Source: Actinomycetota bacterium
Lineage (GTDB): Bacteria > Actinomycetota > Actinomycetes > Mycobacteriales > SCTD01
Length of the DNA stretch: 64,000 bases
Assembly (NCBI GenBank): GCA_032230005.1
Contig: JAVXVI010000013.1
Span: forward strand, 1,813 to 65,812
Direction: 5' to 3'
The notes under the pieces: model-generated
Databases searched by the model: none
What the model was told of the DNA's origin: nothing
What the model saw: only the letters and a program-made list of their open reading frames with translations
Translations under genes and position numbers: made by a program
Shown: piece by piece, positions 23,883 to 32,861 of the stretch
How positions within the stretch are numbered: the first letter of the stretch is position 1
How the letters are laid out: every line of letters begins with the position of its first letter

Positions 23883-25370
23883 CTAGGCGGTGGGGCGGGG
23901 CGTGAGGAGGTAGGACTCGACGTCGAAGCGCTGGGTCCGCTTGCGGAACCGGAACGTGTGCGTCGGCCAGAGCGAGGAGTTGCGACCGGCTGCGTCGAGG
24001 TACCAGCTCTTGCAGCCGCCGGCGTTCCAGACCGTGCCCGCGAGCTGTCGCTGAAGGTCCGCGTTGTACGACGTCAGGGCCCGGTCCGTGACGTCGACCG
24101 ACGATGCGCCAAGTCGCTCCATGGTCCGCAGCGCGTCGAGGACATAGGTCACCTGGGCCTCGATCATGTAGATGACCGAGGTGTGCCCGAGCACCGTGTT
24201 GGGACCGAGCATGAGGAACAGGTTCGGGAAGCCCGTCACCGTCGTACCGAGGTAGGCCTGCGGGCTCGGGTCCCAGACCTCCGAGAGCAGCCGGCCGTCC
24301 CTGCCGCGCAGTCGCGCGGCGATCGGCTGATCGGTCGTGTGGAAGCCCGTGGCGAACACGATCGTGTCCACCGGGTGCTCGCGCCCGGTCCCGTCGACAA
24401 CCGAGTGCGCACGCACCTCGACCACCGGAGCGGCGACCACCTCGACATTCGGCCGCACCAGCGCCGGGTAGTAGTCGTCGCTGAGCAGGATGCGCTTGCA
24501 CCCCAGCGCGTACGACGGCGTCAGCCGCTCCCGCAGCGCGGGATCCGGCACCTGTCGCCGGAGGTGGTGGCGGGCCAGCTGCTCGGCCAGTCGCGAGACC
24601 CGGCCGCGCTTGGTGAACGCGAGCAGGTTGAGCTCCCGCAGCCAGTAGATCGCCGACCGGACCCGCCGCTGGCGACGCGGGTCGGCGCGGTACTTCTCCT
24701 TCGCCGACTCCTTGATCGCACGGTCGAACCTGGGCAGCACCCACGGCGGCGTGCGCTGGAAGACCGTCAGAGCGGCGGCCTGCTCTGCAACGGCGGGGAT
24801 GAACTGAATGGCCGACGCCCCGGTGCCGACCACGGCCACCCGTCCTCCGGTGAGGTCGTGCTCGTGATCCCACCGCGCGGAATGGAAGGCGTTGCCTTCG
24901 AAGTCGGCCAGGCCGGGCAGGTCCGGGACGAGCGGTTCGCTGAGCGGACCGGTGCCGCACACCAGCACCTGCGCGGTCAGGGGGCCGCGCGTCGTGGAGA
25001 GGTGCCACCGCTGCTCGTCCTCGATCCACGTGGCGTCGAGCAGCTCCGTACCGAATCGCAGGTGCGGCCGTACGCCGTGCTCGGTGGCGACCTGCTGCAT
25101 GTAGTCGTGGATCTCGGCCGCCCCGGAGAACATGCGTGACCAGTTCGGGTTCGGCGCGAACGAGAACGAGTACAGGTGGGAGGGAACGTCGCAGGCACAG
25201 CCGGGGTAGCTGTTGTCACGCCAGGTCCCGCCGAGGTCGTTCGCCCGCTCGAGGACCACGAAGTCCTCCTCGCCCTGCCGCCGCAAGCCGATCGCGACCC
25301 CCAGTCCGGCGAAGCCGCTGCCGATGATCGCCACCCGAACGGAGGCAGGCAGGGCCGTTTCCGGGCTCAT
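23883..25370 (-). CDS. flavin-dependent Baeyer-Villiger-type monooxygenase
   Basis: Trimmed from the 910-aa track ORF to ATG 25370 (MSPETALPASVRVAIIGSGFAGLG). Motifs present: GxGxxG for FAD, the BVMO fingerprint FEGNAFHSARWD (FxGxxxHxxxW[PD]), and a second GTGASA for NADP. Confidence 0.85.
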   Translation of the reverse strand: MSPETALPASVRVAIIGSGFAGLGVAIGLRRQGEEDFVVLERANDLGGTWRDNSYPGCACDVPSHLYSFSFAPNPNWSRMFSGAAEIHDYMQQVATEHGVRPHLRFGTELLDATWIEDEQRWHLSTTRGPLTAQVLVCGTGPLSEPLVPDLPGLADFEGNAFHSARWDHEHDLTGGRVAVVGTGASAIQFIPAVAEQAAALTVFQRTPPWVLPRFDRAIKESAKEKYRADPRRQRRVRSAIYWLRELNLLAFTKRGRVSRLAEQLARHHLRRQVPDPALRERLTPSYALGCKRILLSDDYYPALVRPNVEVVAAPVVEVRAHSVVDGTGREHPVDTIVFATGFHTTDQPIAARLRGRDGRLLSEVWDPSPQAYLGTTVTGFPNLFLMLGPNTVLGHTSVIYMIEAQVTYVLDALRTMERLGASSVDVTDRALTSYNADLQRQLAGTVWNAGGCKSWYLDAAGRNSSLWPTHTFRFRKRTQRFDVESYLLTPRPTA

Positions 25371-25496
25371 CGCACCCCTCCTGATCGGCAGCTCATGGGC
25401 AGGGCCAGGACTACCCGTCGAGGTATAGACGAGGCCTTCCGCCGATGCATACCCTGGCAGCAGATCCCCGGTTCCCGGGGAAGGGGGGGAGCTTCC

Positions 25497-26702
25497 GTGC
25501 CGGCCGATCGTGCACGCCCTCCCGTTCCGGGGGCTCGCTCGGTCGACGCGGCGCTGACCCTCCCCAGCGGGCTGCTGGTCGAGGCCCTGCAGGCCCTCGC
25601 CGGCGCGGCGACCCGAAGCGACGTGGCCGAGGCCGTCTGCGCTGCCCTCGTCGGCCTCGACGGCGTGCGGGCTGTCGCCGTCCTGCAGCGCGAGCGCGAC
25701 CACGCGATCGTCGTCGGCTCCTCGGGCTACAACTGCGAGACGATGGCACCAGGAGCGCGGCTGCCCCTGGACAGCGGTCTGCCCGCAACGGAGGCGATCC
25801 GGACCGCGCGGCGCGTCGCCCAGGGCGATGGACCGGGCTGGTGCGCCGTGCCGTTCGGCCGCCGCACCACCTCCCGCGGCGCGCTCCTGCTGAGCCTCAC
25901 CGCCGCCCCGCCCGACGACGCAGCCGATCTCGCCGTGCTCGACCGGTTGGCCGCCTCGCTCGGCATCGCCCTGGACCGCGCGCACGCGGCGGACCGGACC
26001 GCCGTAGACCTGGCCCGCGTCGTCGCCGGCCTCGCGCCGCGTCGCACGACCGAGGGGGTCCTCGGGGTCGCATTGCGCCAGGAGCCGCGCGGCGGCTCCC
26101 TCGGTGGCGATGTCGTCATGACCGTCCCGGACGGCCGCGGCGGCGTATGGCTGCTCGCCGCCGACGTCTGCGGCAGCGGGCTGGCTGCGGCCACGGGAGC
26201 CGCCGCCGTACGCATCGCGATGCGGGCTGTGGCCTCGCTCGCTCTCGGCCCGGCGCAGCTGCTGGGCCTGCTCGACGGCGCGCTGCGGCCGGAAGCCCCG
26301 GCCGGTGGGTTCATCACCGCCGTGGCGGTGCACGTGGGGGACGAGACTGTCCGAGCAGCGAGCGCCGGGCACCCGGCGCCGTTGCTGGTCACCGCGACCG
26401 GAGCCGTCGAGCTCGCGGTCGAGCCCGGCCCCCCGCTGGCCCTGGAGACGACCGAGCGGCTGGCGGTGCTGCCCGAGCTCACGATCGCCGTCGAGCCCGG
26501 CGCACTGCTGGTCCTCTACACCGACGGCCTCACTGATCGGCACGGCGCAACGGGCGGTGAGATCGATGTACGGCGGCTGGCGACGGCGGCCACCGGCGCC
26601 CGCAGCCCCGCGCATGCAGCACTGGCCATCGTGGACGCAGCGGAGGCGGTGGGCGCCGCCGAGGACGACGTGTCGGTCCTGGTTGCCCGCCTGCCTGGCT
26701 GA
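25497..26702 (+). CDS. GAF-domain PP2C/SpoIIE-type serine phosphatase
   Basis: GTG at 25497 with AAGGGGGGGA 6 nt upstream. The N-terminal half is GAF-like (LQALAGAATRSDVAEAVCAALVGLDGVRAVAVLQRE...). The C-terminal half has PP2C motifs: GGDVVM, LLAADVCGSGLAAA, AGHPAPLL, LVLYTDGL, DDVSVLVARL. Confidence 0.75.
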   Translation: MPADRARPPVPGARSVDAALTLPSGLLVEALQALAGAATRSDVAEAVCAALVGLDGVRAVAVLQRERDHAIVVGSSGYNCETMAPGARLPLDSGLPATEAIRTARRVAQGDGPGWCAVPFGRRTTSRGALLLSLTAAPPDDAADLAVLDRLAASLGIALDRAHAADRTAVDLARVVAGLAPRRTTEGVLGVALRQEPRGGSLGGDVVMTVPDGRGGVWLLAADVCGSGLAAATGAAAVRIAMRAVASLALGPAQLLGLLDGALRPEAPAGGFITAVAVHVGDETVRAASAGHPAPLLVTATGAVELAVEPGPPLALETTERLAVLPELTIAVEPGALLVLYTDGLTDRHGATGGEIDVRRLATAATGARSPAHAALAIVDAAEAVGAAEDDVSVLVARLPG

Positions 26703-26711
26703 CCCAGCAGG

Positions 26712-27242
26712 TCAGGAGCCGGTAGCGCGCTCCGCAGTTACCGCGCCGGCCGCCAGCAGGTCGACGCAGCTCGAGCACAGGTGGACATCCCGGCGCACGA
26801 AGAACTCGCCCTCACCCTGGCAAAGGGTGCACTCCGGTCGGACCCGCATCGGCTCCGGCGTGGCAACGCGGGGCCGGCCCTTCAGGCCGTGCCGGATCGT
26901 CTGGATCCACCGGTCGCGGTCCTCGTCGGCGGCCGGCACCGGCGCGTCGCGCTCGGCAGCCGCGCGCTCCCGCTCGCGCCGGGCTCGCTCCTCGTCGTAG
27001 CGGACCTGGGGTGAGTCCTCGTCGAGCAGGCGACGCAGGTGCGCGGTGATGACCTCGGCGTCCTGCACGCTGCTCGGCTGCGCCGGCAGCGCACCGACCC
27101 GGTGCCGCAGCTGCCAGGCCCGCCAGCCGTGCGTCGTCAGCTGGTCGAGCAGGGCGGCGACCTCGGCCGTCTGCAGCTCCTGCGCCACAGCGGCCCGCAG
27201 GTGGCTGAAGACGTCGGCGTGGTGCGGTGACGTCGGCGACAT
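26712..27242 (-). CDS. hypothetical protein with C-terminal CxxC...CxxC zinc-ribbon
   Basis: 176 aa starting at ATG. A Glu/Arg-rich middle (YDEERARRERERAAAERD) is followed by CTLCQGEGEFFVRRDVHLCSSC. It is divergent from marR. No family recognised. Confidence 0.55.
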   Translation of the reverse strand: MSPTSPHHADVFSHLRAAVAQELQTAEVAALLDQLTTHGWRAWQLRHRVGALPAQPSSVQDAEVITAHLRRLLDEDSPQVRYDEERARRERERAAAERDAPVPAADEDRDRWIQTIRHGLKGRPRVATPEPMRVRPECTLCQGEGEFFVRRDVHLCSSCVDLLAAGAVTAERATGS

Positions 27243-27299
27243 GAGCCCTACGGTTCCACGATGCGCGGACAGTTTCGGGGACCGACACCCGGCTGTGGA

Positions 27300-27315
27300 T
27301 GTTGAGCGCTCAACA
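27300..27315. promoter_or_regulatory. perfect 16-bp palindrome, probable MarR operator in the divergent promoter region
   Basis: TGTTGAGCGCTCAACA is perfectly self-complementary. It lies 20 nt upstream of the marR ATG (27335) and next to a TAGGAT -10-like hexamer at 27322-27327. Confidence 0.55.
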
Positions 27316-27334
27316 AGTCAGGTAGGATGGGGAC

Positions 27335-27808
27335 ATGACCAGATGGCTCGACGAGGATGAGCAGCAGACCTGGCGTGCCTTCCTGGGCGCGACCCGGCTG
27401 GTGTTCGAGCAGCTGGACCGCGAGCTCCAGCGCGACGCGGCCATCCCGCACACCTACTACGAGATCCTCGTCCGCCTGTCCGAGGCCCCCGACCGCGCGC
27501 TGCGGATGAGCGCGCTCGCCGATCGGTCGCAGTCCTCGCGGAGCCGGCTGTCGCACGCCGTCGCCCGTCTCGAGAGCAACGGCTGGGTGCGTCGCACCAG
27601 CTGCGCCGACGACAAGCGCGGCCAGATCGCGCACCTCACCGACGAAGGCTTCGCTGCTCTCGCGGCCGCGGCGCCAGGCCACGTCGAGGGCGTCCGCAAG
27701 CACGTCTTCGACCCGCTCACCGACGCCCAGATCGTCCAGCTGCGCGAGATCAGCACGACCATGCTCGAGGCGCTCAAGAAGCAGCCCGACGCGCCCCCCT
27801 GCGACTGA
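27335..27808 (+). CDS. MarR family transcriptional regulator
   Basis: 157 aa with the winged-helix core YYEILVRLSEAPDRALRMSALADRSQSSRSRLSHAVARLESNGWVRRTSCADDKRGQIAHLTDEGF. Confidence 0.85.
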   Translation: MTRWLDEDEQQTWRAFLGATRLVFEQLDRELQRDAAIPHTYYEILVRLSEAPDRALRMSALADRSQSSRSRLSHAVARLESNGWVRRTSCADDKRGQIAHLTDEGFAALAAAAPGHVEGVRKHVFDPLTDAQIVQLREISTTMLEALKKQPDAPPCD

Positions 27809-27810
27809 CG

Positions 27811-28482
27811 TCAGGCGCCGACGGCGTCGGCCTCGCCGTCGTACGTGCTGGGACTGGCCGGTGTCCCGCTCGGGGCGGGCTTGACCTGGCGGCGAGGCCT
27901 CGCCGTCCCACGGGCTGCCTTGATCTTCGTCAGGTCACGGACCTCGGTAGCCGTCGCCGTACCGCCGGTGAGGTTCGCCACGACGCCGACGGTGTCATTG
28001 ACGGCGACCGTCGCGATGCCGTCCCGACCCGCGTCGACGAGGGTCTGCTTGGTCAGCACGTAGGTCTTCGAGATCCCGTCCGCGCTCTTCACGGTCAGCG
28101 ACGTCGGGCTGACGGCAGTCACCGTGCCGCGCTGGACCTGGACGGTCCGCCAGCCGCCCTTGCCGTCCGGGACGACGAGCTCGCCGCGCACCGCACCGGG
28201 GGGACCGAAGCCGCGCAACCCGGGCCGACCCGCCGGGCCGCCGCCACCCGGGCCGGCGCGGAGGAAGCGACGAACCTCGGGTCCCCGGGGAAGCGCACCG
28301 TGAGGCGCCTGCGGCTTCGCCGTCGTACCGGCAGAGGGCGTGGGCGACGGGTCCGATGCCGCGGCGGCGATCCCGGCTGCTCCCAGGGTGATCCCCACTC
28401 CGACGGCCGCCGCGGCACCGATGCGGCGTAGTCGCCGGCTCGGACCAGTCGCGTCAGCGTTGCTGCTCTCGATGACGTCCAC
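27811..28482 (-). CDS. secreted/anchored hypothetical protein downstream of two-component system
   Basis: GTG start with GAGGGG 5 nt upstream. An N-terminal TM/signal (RRIGAAAAVGVGITLGAAGIAAAAS) is followed by a Pro/Gly-rich spacer and a beta-rich domain GELVVPDGKGGWRTVQVQRGTVTAVSPTSLTVKSADG... Confidence 0.6.
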   Translation of the reverse strand: MDVIESSNADATGPSRRLRRIGAAAAVGVGITLGAAGIAAAASDPSPTPSAGTTAKPQAPHGALPRGPEVRRFLRAGPGGGGPAGRPGLRGFGPPGAVRGELVVPDGKGGWRTVQVQRGTVTAVSPTSLTVKSADGISKTYVLTKQTLVDAGRDGIATVAVNDTVGVVANLTGGTATATEVRDLTKIKAARGTARPRRQVKPAPSGTPASPSTYDGEADAVGA

Positions 28483-28584
28483 GGCTACCCCTCAGCGCGC
28501 TCCGTTATGAACTGGATGCGCTCCACGATCGTGGTCGGGTGCCGCAGTCGTCCACGGTCAGGCCCTGTCAGGTTGCTGAGAGTT

Positions 28585-30054
28585 TCAGGCGGAATACACC
28601 GGCGCCAGCGGTAGCAGGACCCGGAAGGTCGCGCCGTCCCCTGGTCGGCTCTCGACCTCGACACGGCCGCCGTGGGCCGCAACCAGGGCAGCCACGATGG
28701 ACAGGCCCAGGCCGCTGCCACCATGTGTCCGCGTACGCGAGGCGTCGGCGCGGTAGAACCGCTCGAAGACCCGCGACGACTGCTCCGCTGACAGCCCGGG
28801 ACCGTGGTCGACGACCTCCAGGGCCGCCATCCCGGAGTGGTTGTCGGCCCCGAGGCGCAGCGTCACCGGAGTGCCCGCCGGTGTGTGGGTCAGTGCGTTG
28901 GTGACCAGGTTGCCGAACACCTGGCGGAGGCGGGCGTCGTCACCCATGACCACCGGCGGCCCGTCACCGGTCACCACGACGTCGATCTCGCGGTCCGGAG
29001 CGACGGCGGAGGCATCGTGAGCGGCGTCGCGGGCAAGGTGCAGGAGGTCGACCGGCTCGTGCAGGATCGGCCGCTGCTGGTCGAGCCGGGCGAGCAAGAG
29101 AAGGTCCTCGACGAGCAGGCCCATCCGGGCGGCCTCGTCCTCGACGCGCTTCATCACGCGGTCGAGCTCGTCCTTCTCACTGACTGCCCCCTGCCGGTAG
29201 AGCTCGGCGAACCCACGAATCGATGTGAGCGGCGTGCGCAGCTCGTGGCTGGCGTCAGCGACGAAGCGACGCATCCGCTCCTCGGACTGCCGTGCGGACG
29301 CCTCCGAGTGCTGCTGCGCGTGGAAGGACTCCTCGATCTGACCGAGCATCGTGTTGAGCGACCTCGACAGACTGCCGACCTCGGTGCGAGGGTCGCCTTC
29401 CTTGACGCGGCGCGACAGGTCGCCGGCAGCGATGGCCTCAGCGGTCTCCTCGACCTCGACCAGAGGCCGAAGGCTCGACCGGACGAAGCCGTAGCCGAGG
29501 CCGGCGAACAGCAGAACCACGATCGCTCCGATGCCGAGCTCGAGCAGGGTGAGGCGCCGAAGCGTGCTGTCGACATCGCCGAGCGGCGCGGCGACGGCGG
29601 CCGCGTAGGTGGCACCGTCGTCGCGCGACCGGGCCTGGATCTCGACCACGCGCCATCGGTTGTCGCCCTTGCGGGAACCCACGGTGAACGGCTTGCCGTT
29701 ATGGGCCGCGACAGTGGCAGCGCTGACGGTCGACAGCTTGGGGGGTGAGGCGTTCGAGTCCACGAGCGTGAACGGCGTCTTGACGATCCCGTCGAGCGTG
29801 CTCACCTGCACGGCGTACTCATCGGGGCGGCGCACATGGTGGTCGTCGCCCCCCTGCGGAGGCTGCGTGAAGATCGGCCCTGAGACCGAGACGGCGAGGT
29901 TCGCGTCGACCCGGCCGATGAGGTAGCCGCGCAGGGCGGCCGACGCCGCAAGACCCGTGACGCAGAGCGCCAGGGCGACGAGCAAGGTCAGGGCAGCGAC
30001 CAGCTTGACCCGAAGAGGTGTGCGGGCCGAGAGGGAGTGGACCCGACTGGTCAC
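28585..30054 (-). CDS. sensor histidine kinase (2 TM, HAMP, HisKA, HATPase_c)
   Basis: H-box FVADASHELRTPLTSIRG, N-box NLVTNALTHTP, G-boxes VVDHGPGL and GGSGLGLSIV. The GTG start overlaps the RR stop (GTGA at 30051-30054). Confidence 0.9.
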   Translation of the reverse strand: MTSRVHSLSARTPLRVKLVAALTLLVALALCVTGLAASAALRGYLIGRVDANLAVSVSGPIFTQPPQGGDDHHVRRPDEYAVQVSTLDGIVKTPFTLVDSNASPPKLSTVSAATVAAHNGKPFTVGSRKGDNRWRVVEIQARSRDDGATYAAAVAAPLGDVDSTLRRLTLLELGIGAIVVLLFAGLGYGFVRSSLRPLVEVEETAEAIAAGDLSRRVKEGDPRTEVGSLSRSLNTMLGQIEESFHAQQHSEASARQSEERMRRFVADASHELRTPLTSIRGFAELYRQGAVSEKDELDRVMKRVEDEAARMGLLVEDLLLLARLDQQRPILHEPVDLLHLARDAAHDASAVAPDREIDVVVTGDGPPVVMGDDARLRQVFGNLVTNALTHTPAGTPVTLRLGADNHSGMAALEVVDHGPGLSAEQSSRVFERFYRADASRTRTHGGSGLGLSIVAALVAAHGGRVEVESRPGDGATFRVLLPLAPVYSA

Positions 30055-30758
30055 GTGGCGGCGCGTCGCAGCACGTAGCCGACGCCCCGGAGTGTGTGCA
30101 GCAACCGCGGCTCGGTCGTGTCGACCTTGCGGCGCAGGTAGGACACGTAGGACTCGACGACGTTGGCGTCGCCGCCGAAGTCGTAGTTCCAGACGTGGTC
30201 GAGGATCTGCACCTTCGACAGCACGCGGCCGGCGTTCTGCAGGAAGTAGCGCAGCAGCTTGAACTCGGTCGGCGACAGCGCGACGAGCCGGCCGTCCTTC
30301 CAGACCTCGTGCGTCTCGTCGTCCAGCTCGATGTCGGCGAAGGAGATGCGCGCCGACTGCGGGGACGACGGGCCATCCGCCGTACGACGAAGGACCGCGC
30401 GGATCCGGGCGACGACCTCCTCCAGGCTGAAAGGCTTCGTGACGTAGTCATCGCCGCCGAGGGTGAGGCCGGTGATCTTGTCCTCGGTCGCGTCGCGGGC
30501 GGTGAGGAAGACGACCGGCGTGCGGCTGCCCTCGCTGCGGAGCCGGCGCACCAGGTCGAACCCATCCATCTCCGGCATCATCACGTCGAGCACCAGCAGG
30601 TCGGGACGGAAGGACCGCGCCAGCGAGAGGGCCTCCGAGCCGGTCTGGGCGCTGGCGACGTCGAAGCCGGCGAAGCGCAGGCTCGCGGACAGCAGCTCGA
30701 CGATGTTGGGCTCGTCGTCGACGACGAGCAGCTTGGCCTCAGGGGCAGGTGCGGTCAT
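30051..30758 (-). CDS. OmpR/PhoB-family response regulator
   Basis: Starts at ATG 30758 (MTAPAPEAKLLVVDDEPNIVELL...DLLVLDVMMPEMDGF...). The winged-helix C-terminus reads LSPTEFKLLRYFLQNAGRVLSKVQILDHVW...LRRKV...LHTLRGVGYVL. Track ORF was trimmed. Confidence 0.9.
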   Translation of the reverse strand: MTAPAPEAKLLVVDDEPNIVELLSASLRFAGFDVASAQTGSEALSLARSFRPDLLVLDVMMPEMDGFDLVRRLRSEGSRTPVVFLTARDATEDKITGLTLGGDDYVTKPFSLEEVVARIRAVLRRTADGPSSPQSARISFADIELDDETHEVWKDGRLVALSPTEFKLLRYFLQNAGRVLSKVQILDHVWNYDFGGDANVVESYVSYLRRKVDTTEPRLLHTLRGVGYVLRRAAT

Positions 30759-30854
30759 GTCCACCAGTCTGGCCCGGGTTCCTGTATGCCCGCTGTGAGC
30801 CGCCTGTGGAGTTGCCCGGCAGGGATCCCGGGCCGGGCGCCGAATCTCCCGGGC

Positions 30855-32228
30855 ATGAACCGCCGCCGTCGCCGTCTCTCCCTCGCCGTCCTCGCGCTGT
30901 CCGCGGTCGCGGTCGGCAGCGCGGTCGCCGGACCGCCCATCCCCGCTGCCCCGGCCACGCCGAAGGCCTACCCCTCGGAGTCGCACGCGGCGTCGTACCG
31001 CACCTTCGATGCCCACGGCCGGGCCGCCGGCTCGACCAAGTGGCACTGGACGCCGACCGGGGGCAACTGCTGCGAGACCTACGTCAGCACCCTCGGCAGC
31101 CGGCTGCTCGAGTACGGCGGGACCTACCCGTACTACAGCGACGACCACGGCAAGACGTGGACGCAGATCGACTTCCTGACGCCGCTGTACAACGGCGAGG
31201 GTGCTCTCGTCGGTGGCCCAGGCGGCGACATCTTCGGCGTCGGCTGGGACCCCTATACCGGCGACCACCTGCAGGGCGTCAAGTACACCGCCACCACGAA
31301 GAAGTGGGAAGTCGCGGAAGCCCCCATCAAGTCGCCGTTCTTCGACCGCGAGTGGATCACCTACGCGAAGGGGCCGTTCAACGTCGACGGCACGATCGTC
31401 CCGTGGATCACGCTGGTCCGCGGCGGCACGGCGACGAAGCAGCTCGAGCTGGTCAGCGGCGACGGACTGTCCTACACCACCGTCAGTGACCCGCACTCCG
31501 ACATCAGCGGGGATCCGGTCCGTATGACGATCCCGGTGGTCAAGAACCCAGCGGCCGACAGCTGGCAGCCCAACCCCGGCACCTACACGATGCCGCTGAA
31601 CGCCGGCGGCGTGCTGCTCGTCGACAACGGCGACGACAACCTCGGCTGCCCCGCTGCCCGGCTCAACGCCAGCACGCTCAAGTGGCAGTGCGTCCGGCTG
31701 CCGTGGACCCCCAAGGGCACGCTGCGGCAGGACTCACGCGGCTGGCTCACCGAGGTCCAGCGGACGTCCAACGAGGAGATCGAGCTCCGGACCTCGCCGG
31801 ACGGCGGGAAGTCCTGGAAGGCGGTCACCCTTACGCCTCCCACGGGCGGCAAGTTCGAAGGCGGCGCCGACTTCTACGACGTCAAGGTCAACGGCGCACT
31901 CGGTCAGGCCGTGGTCGGCACCCGCGTCGACGACAAGAAGGGCAACGGCCAGGACGTCGTCTGGCGCGTCGACGTGTCGAAGGCGCAGCCGAAGCTGCTG
32001 ACCAGCTACGCCGTCGGCAAGGGCGACATCAACACGATCATCGGCGTCACCGGTGCGACCGCTGACCGCTATGACTTCCCGAGCGTCGCGCTGTTCCCGG
32101 ACGGCCGGGTCGCCGTGTCCTTCGACGACAGCACGACGCCCAAGAGCAAGGTCCGCGACGTGGTCCCGGCGACGAACCCGACAGGGCACAGCCCCGCCGT
32201 GGCGATCCTCGACGCCTGGAAGCACTGA
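30855..32228 (+). CDS. secreted BNR/Asp-box-containing protein (sialidase-like fold), paralog-like to 15299..16693
   Basis: Starts at ATG 30855 (MNRRRRRLSLAVLALSAVAVGSAVA signal). Asp-box-like motifs SDDHGKTWTQI and SPDGGKSWKAV are present. Track ORF 30018..32228 was trimmed. Confidence 0.7.
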   Translation: MNRRRRRLSLAVLALSAVAVGSAVAGPPIPAAPATPKAYPSESHAASYRTFDAHGRAAGSTKWHWTPTGGNCCETYVSTLGSRLLEYGGTYPYYSDDHGKTWTQIDFLTPLYNGEGALVGGPGGDIFGVGWDPYTGDHLQGVKYTATTKKWEVAEAPIKSPFFDREWITYAKGPFNVDGTIVPWITLVRGGTATKQLELVSGDGLSYTTVSDPHSDISGDPVRMTIPVVKNPAADSWQPNPGTYTMPLNAGGVLLVDNGDDNLGCPAARLNASTLKWQCVRLPWTPKGTLRQDSRGWLTEVQRTSNEEIELRTSPDGGKSWKAVTLTPPTGGKFEGGADFYDVKVNGALGQAVVGTRVDDKKGNGQDVVWRVDVSKAQPKLLTSYAVGKGDINTIIGVTGATADRYDFPSVALFPDGRVAVSFDDSTTPKSKVRDVVPATNPTGHSPAVAILDAWKH

Positions 32229-32311
32229 CCGCACCCGCCTAGGGCAGGAAACACCGGGGAAACGTCGAACACAGCGTCGACATCGGCCCAGCCTGTTCCC
32301 CGGAGGTCACC

Positions 32312-32848
32312 ATGCGCGGGTCCTTCATACGACTTCTGGTCGTCGCCCTTGCCGCCGGTGGCGCCGTCGCCGCAGTGCCGGCGTCCGCAGCCGAGGGCGG
32401 GATGTGCAAGCTGGACGGCTCGGCGACCTTCGTCAAGGGTCCCAACACGACCGACCACCCGTTCACCTACACGTTCACCGGCGACCTCACGTCCTGCCAG
32501 TCCAACGTCGCAGGCGCCCCGGCGTCCGGCAAGATCGCCACGGTCGAGCCGGCCAAGGGCAGCGGCACCTGTGGCTCCAACAGCACGGCGGGCGTGGCCC
32601 TGGTGACCTGGGCCGACGGCAAGACGACTGTCGTGAAGTACTCCACGCAGTCCGCCACGGCCGGCGTCGTGCTGCAGGGCAGCGTCGTGCCGTCGTACAA
32701 GGTCAAGAAGACGACCTACAAGACGACCCGCTTCGCCGGCTACAGCGCCGCAGGCCCGCTGGCCTTCGAGGCGAGCCCGCCGGAGTGCGCCGGCGGCGGC
32801 GTGACGACGGCGGGCATCGCCGGCTTCGTCGGCCTCGGCACGCAGTAG
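32312..32848 (+). CDS. small secreted Cys-containing hypothetical protein
   Basis: GGAGG lies 5 nt upstream of the ATG. Signal peptide MRGSFIRLLVVALAAGGAVAAVPASA. The mature part is beta-rich with 4 Cys (CKLDG, TSCQS, GTCGS, PECAG). No family recognised. Confidence 0.6.
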   Translation: MRGSFIRLLVVALAAGGAVAAVPASAAEGGMCKLDGSATFVKGPNTTDHPFTYTFTGDLTSCQSNVAGAPASGKIATVEPAKGSGTCGSNSTAGVALVTWADGKTTVVKYSTQSATAGVVLQGSVVPSYKVKKTTYKTTRFAGYSAAGPLAFEASPPECAGGGVTTAGIAGFVGLGTQ

Positions 32849-32861
32849 ACCTCGCCGGACC

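Noticed and set aside
22381-26615. Very long track ORFs (882 aa at 22381..25029 and 910 aa at 23883..26615)
   Set aside because: Their N-terminal halves are Arg/Pro/Gly-rich translations antisense to, or out of frame with, real genes. Clear signal-peptide/M23 and FAD-binding/BVMO starts exist at 23784 and 25370, so I trimmed to those.
32254-32303. CCGGGGAA...TTCCCCGG stem that would occlude the GGAGG of the 32312 gene
   Set aside because: The stem is only 8 bp with a 34-nt loop. This is too weak to call as a regulatory structure without conservation data.
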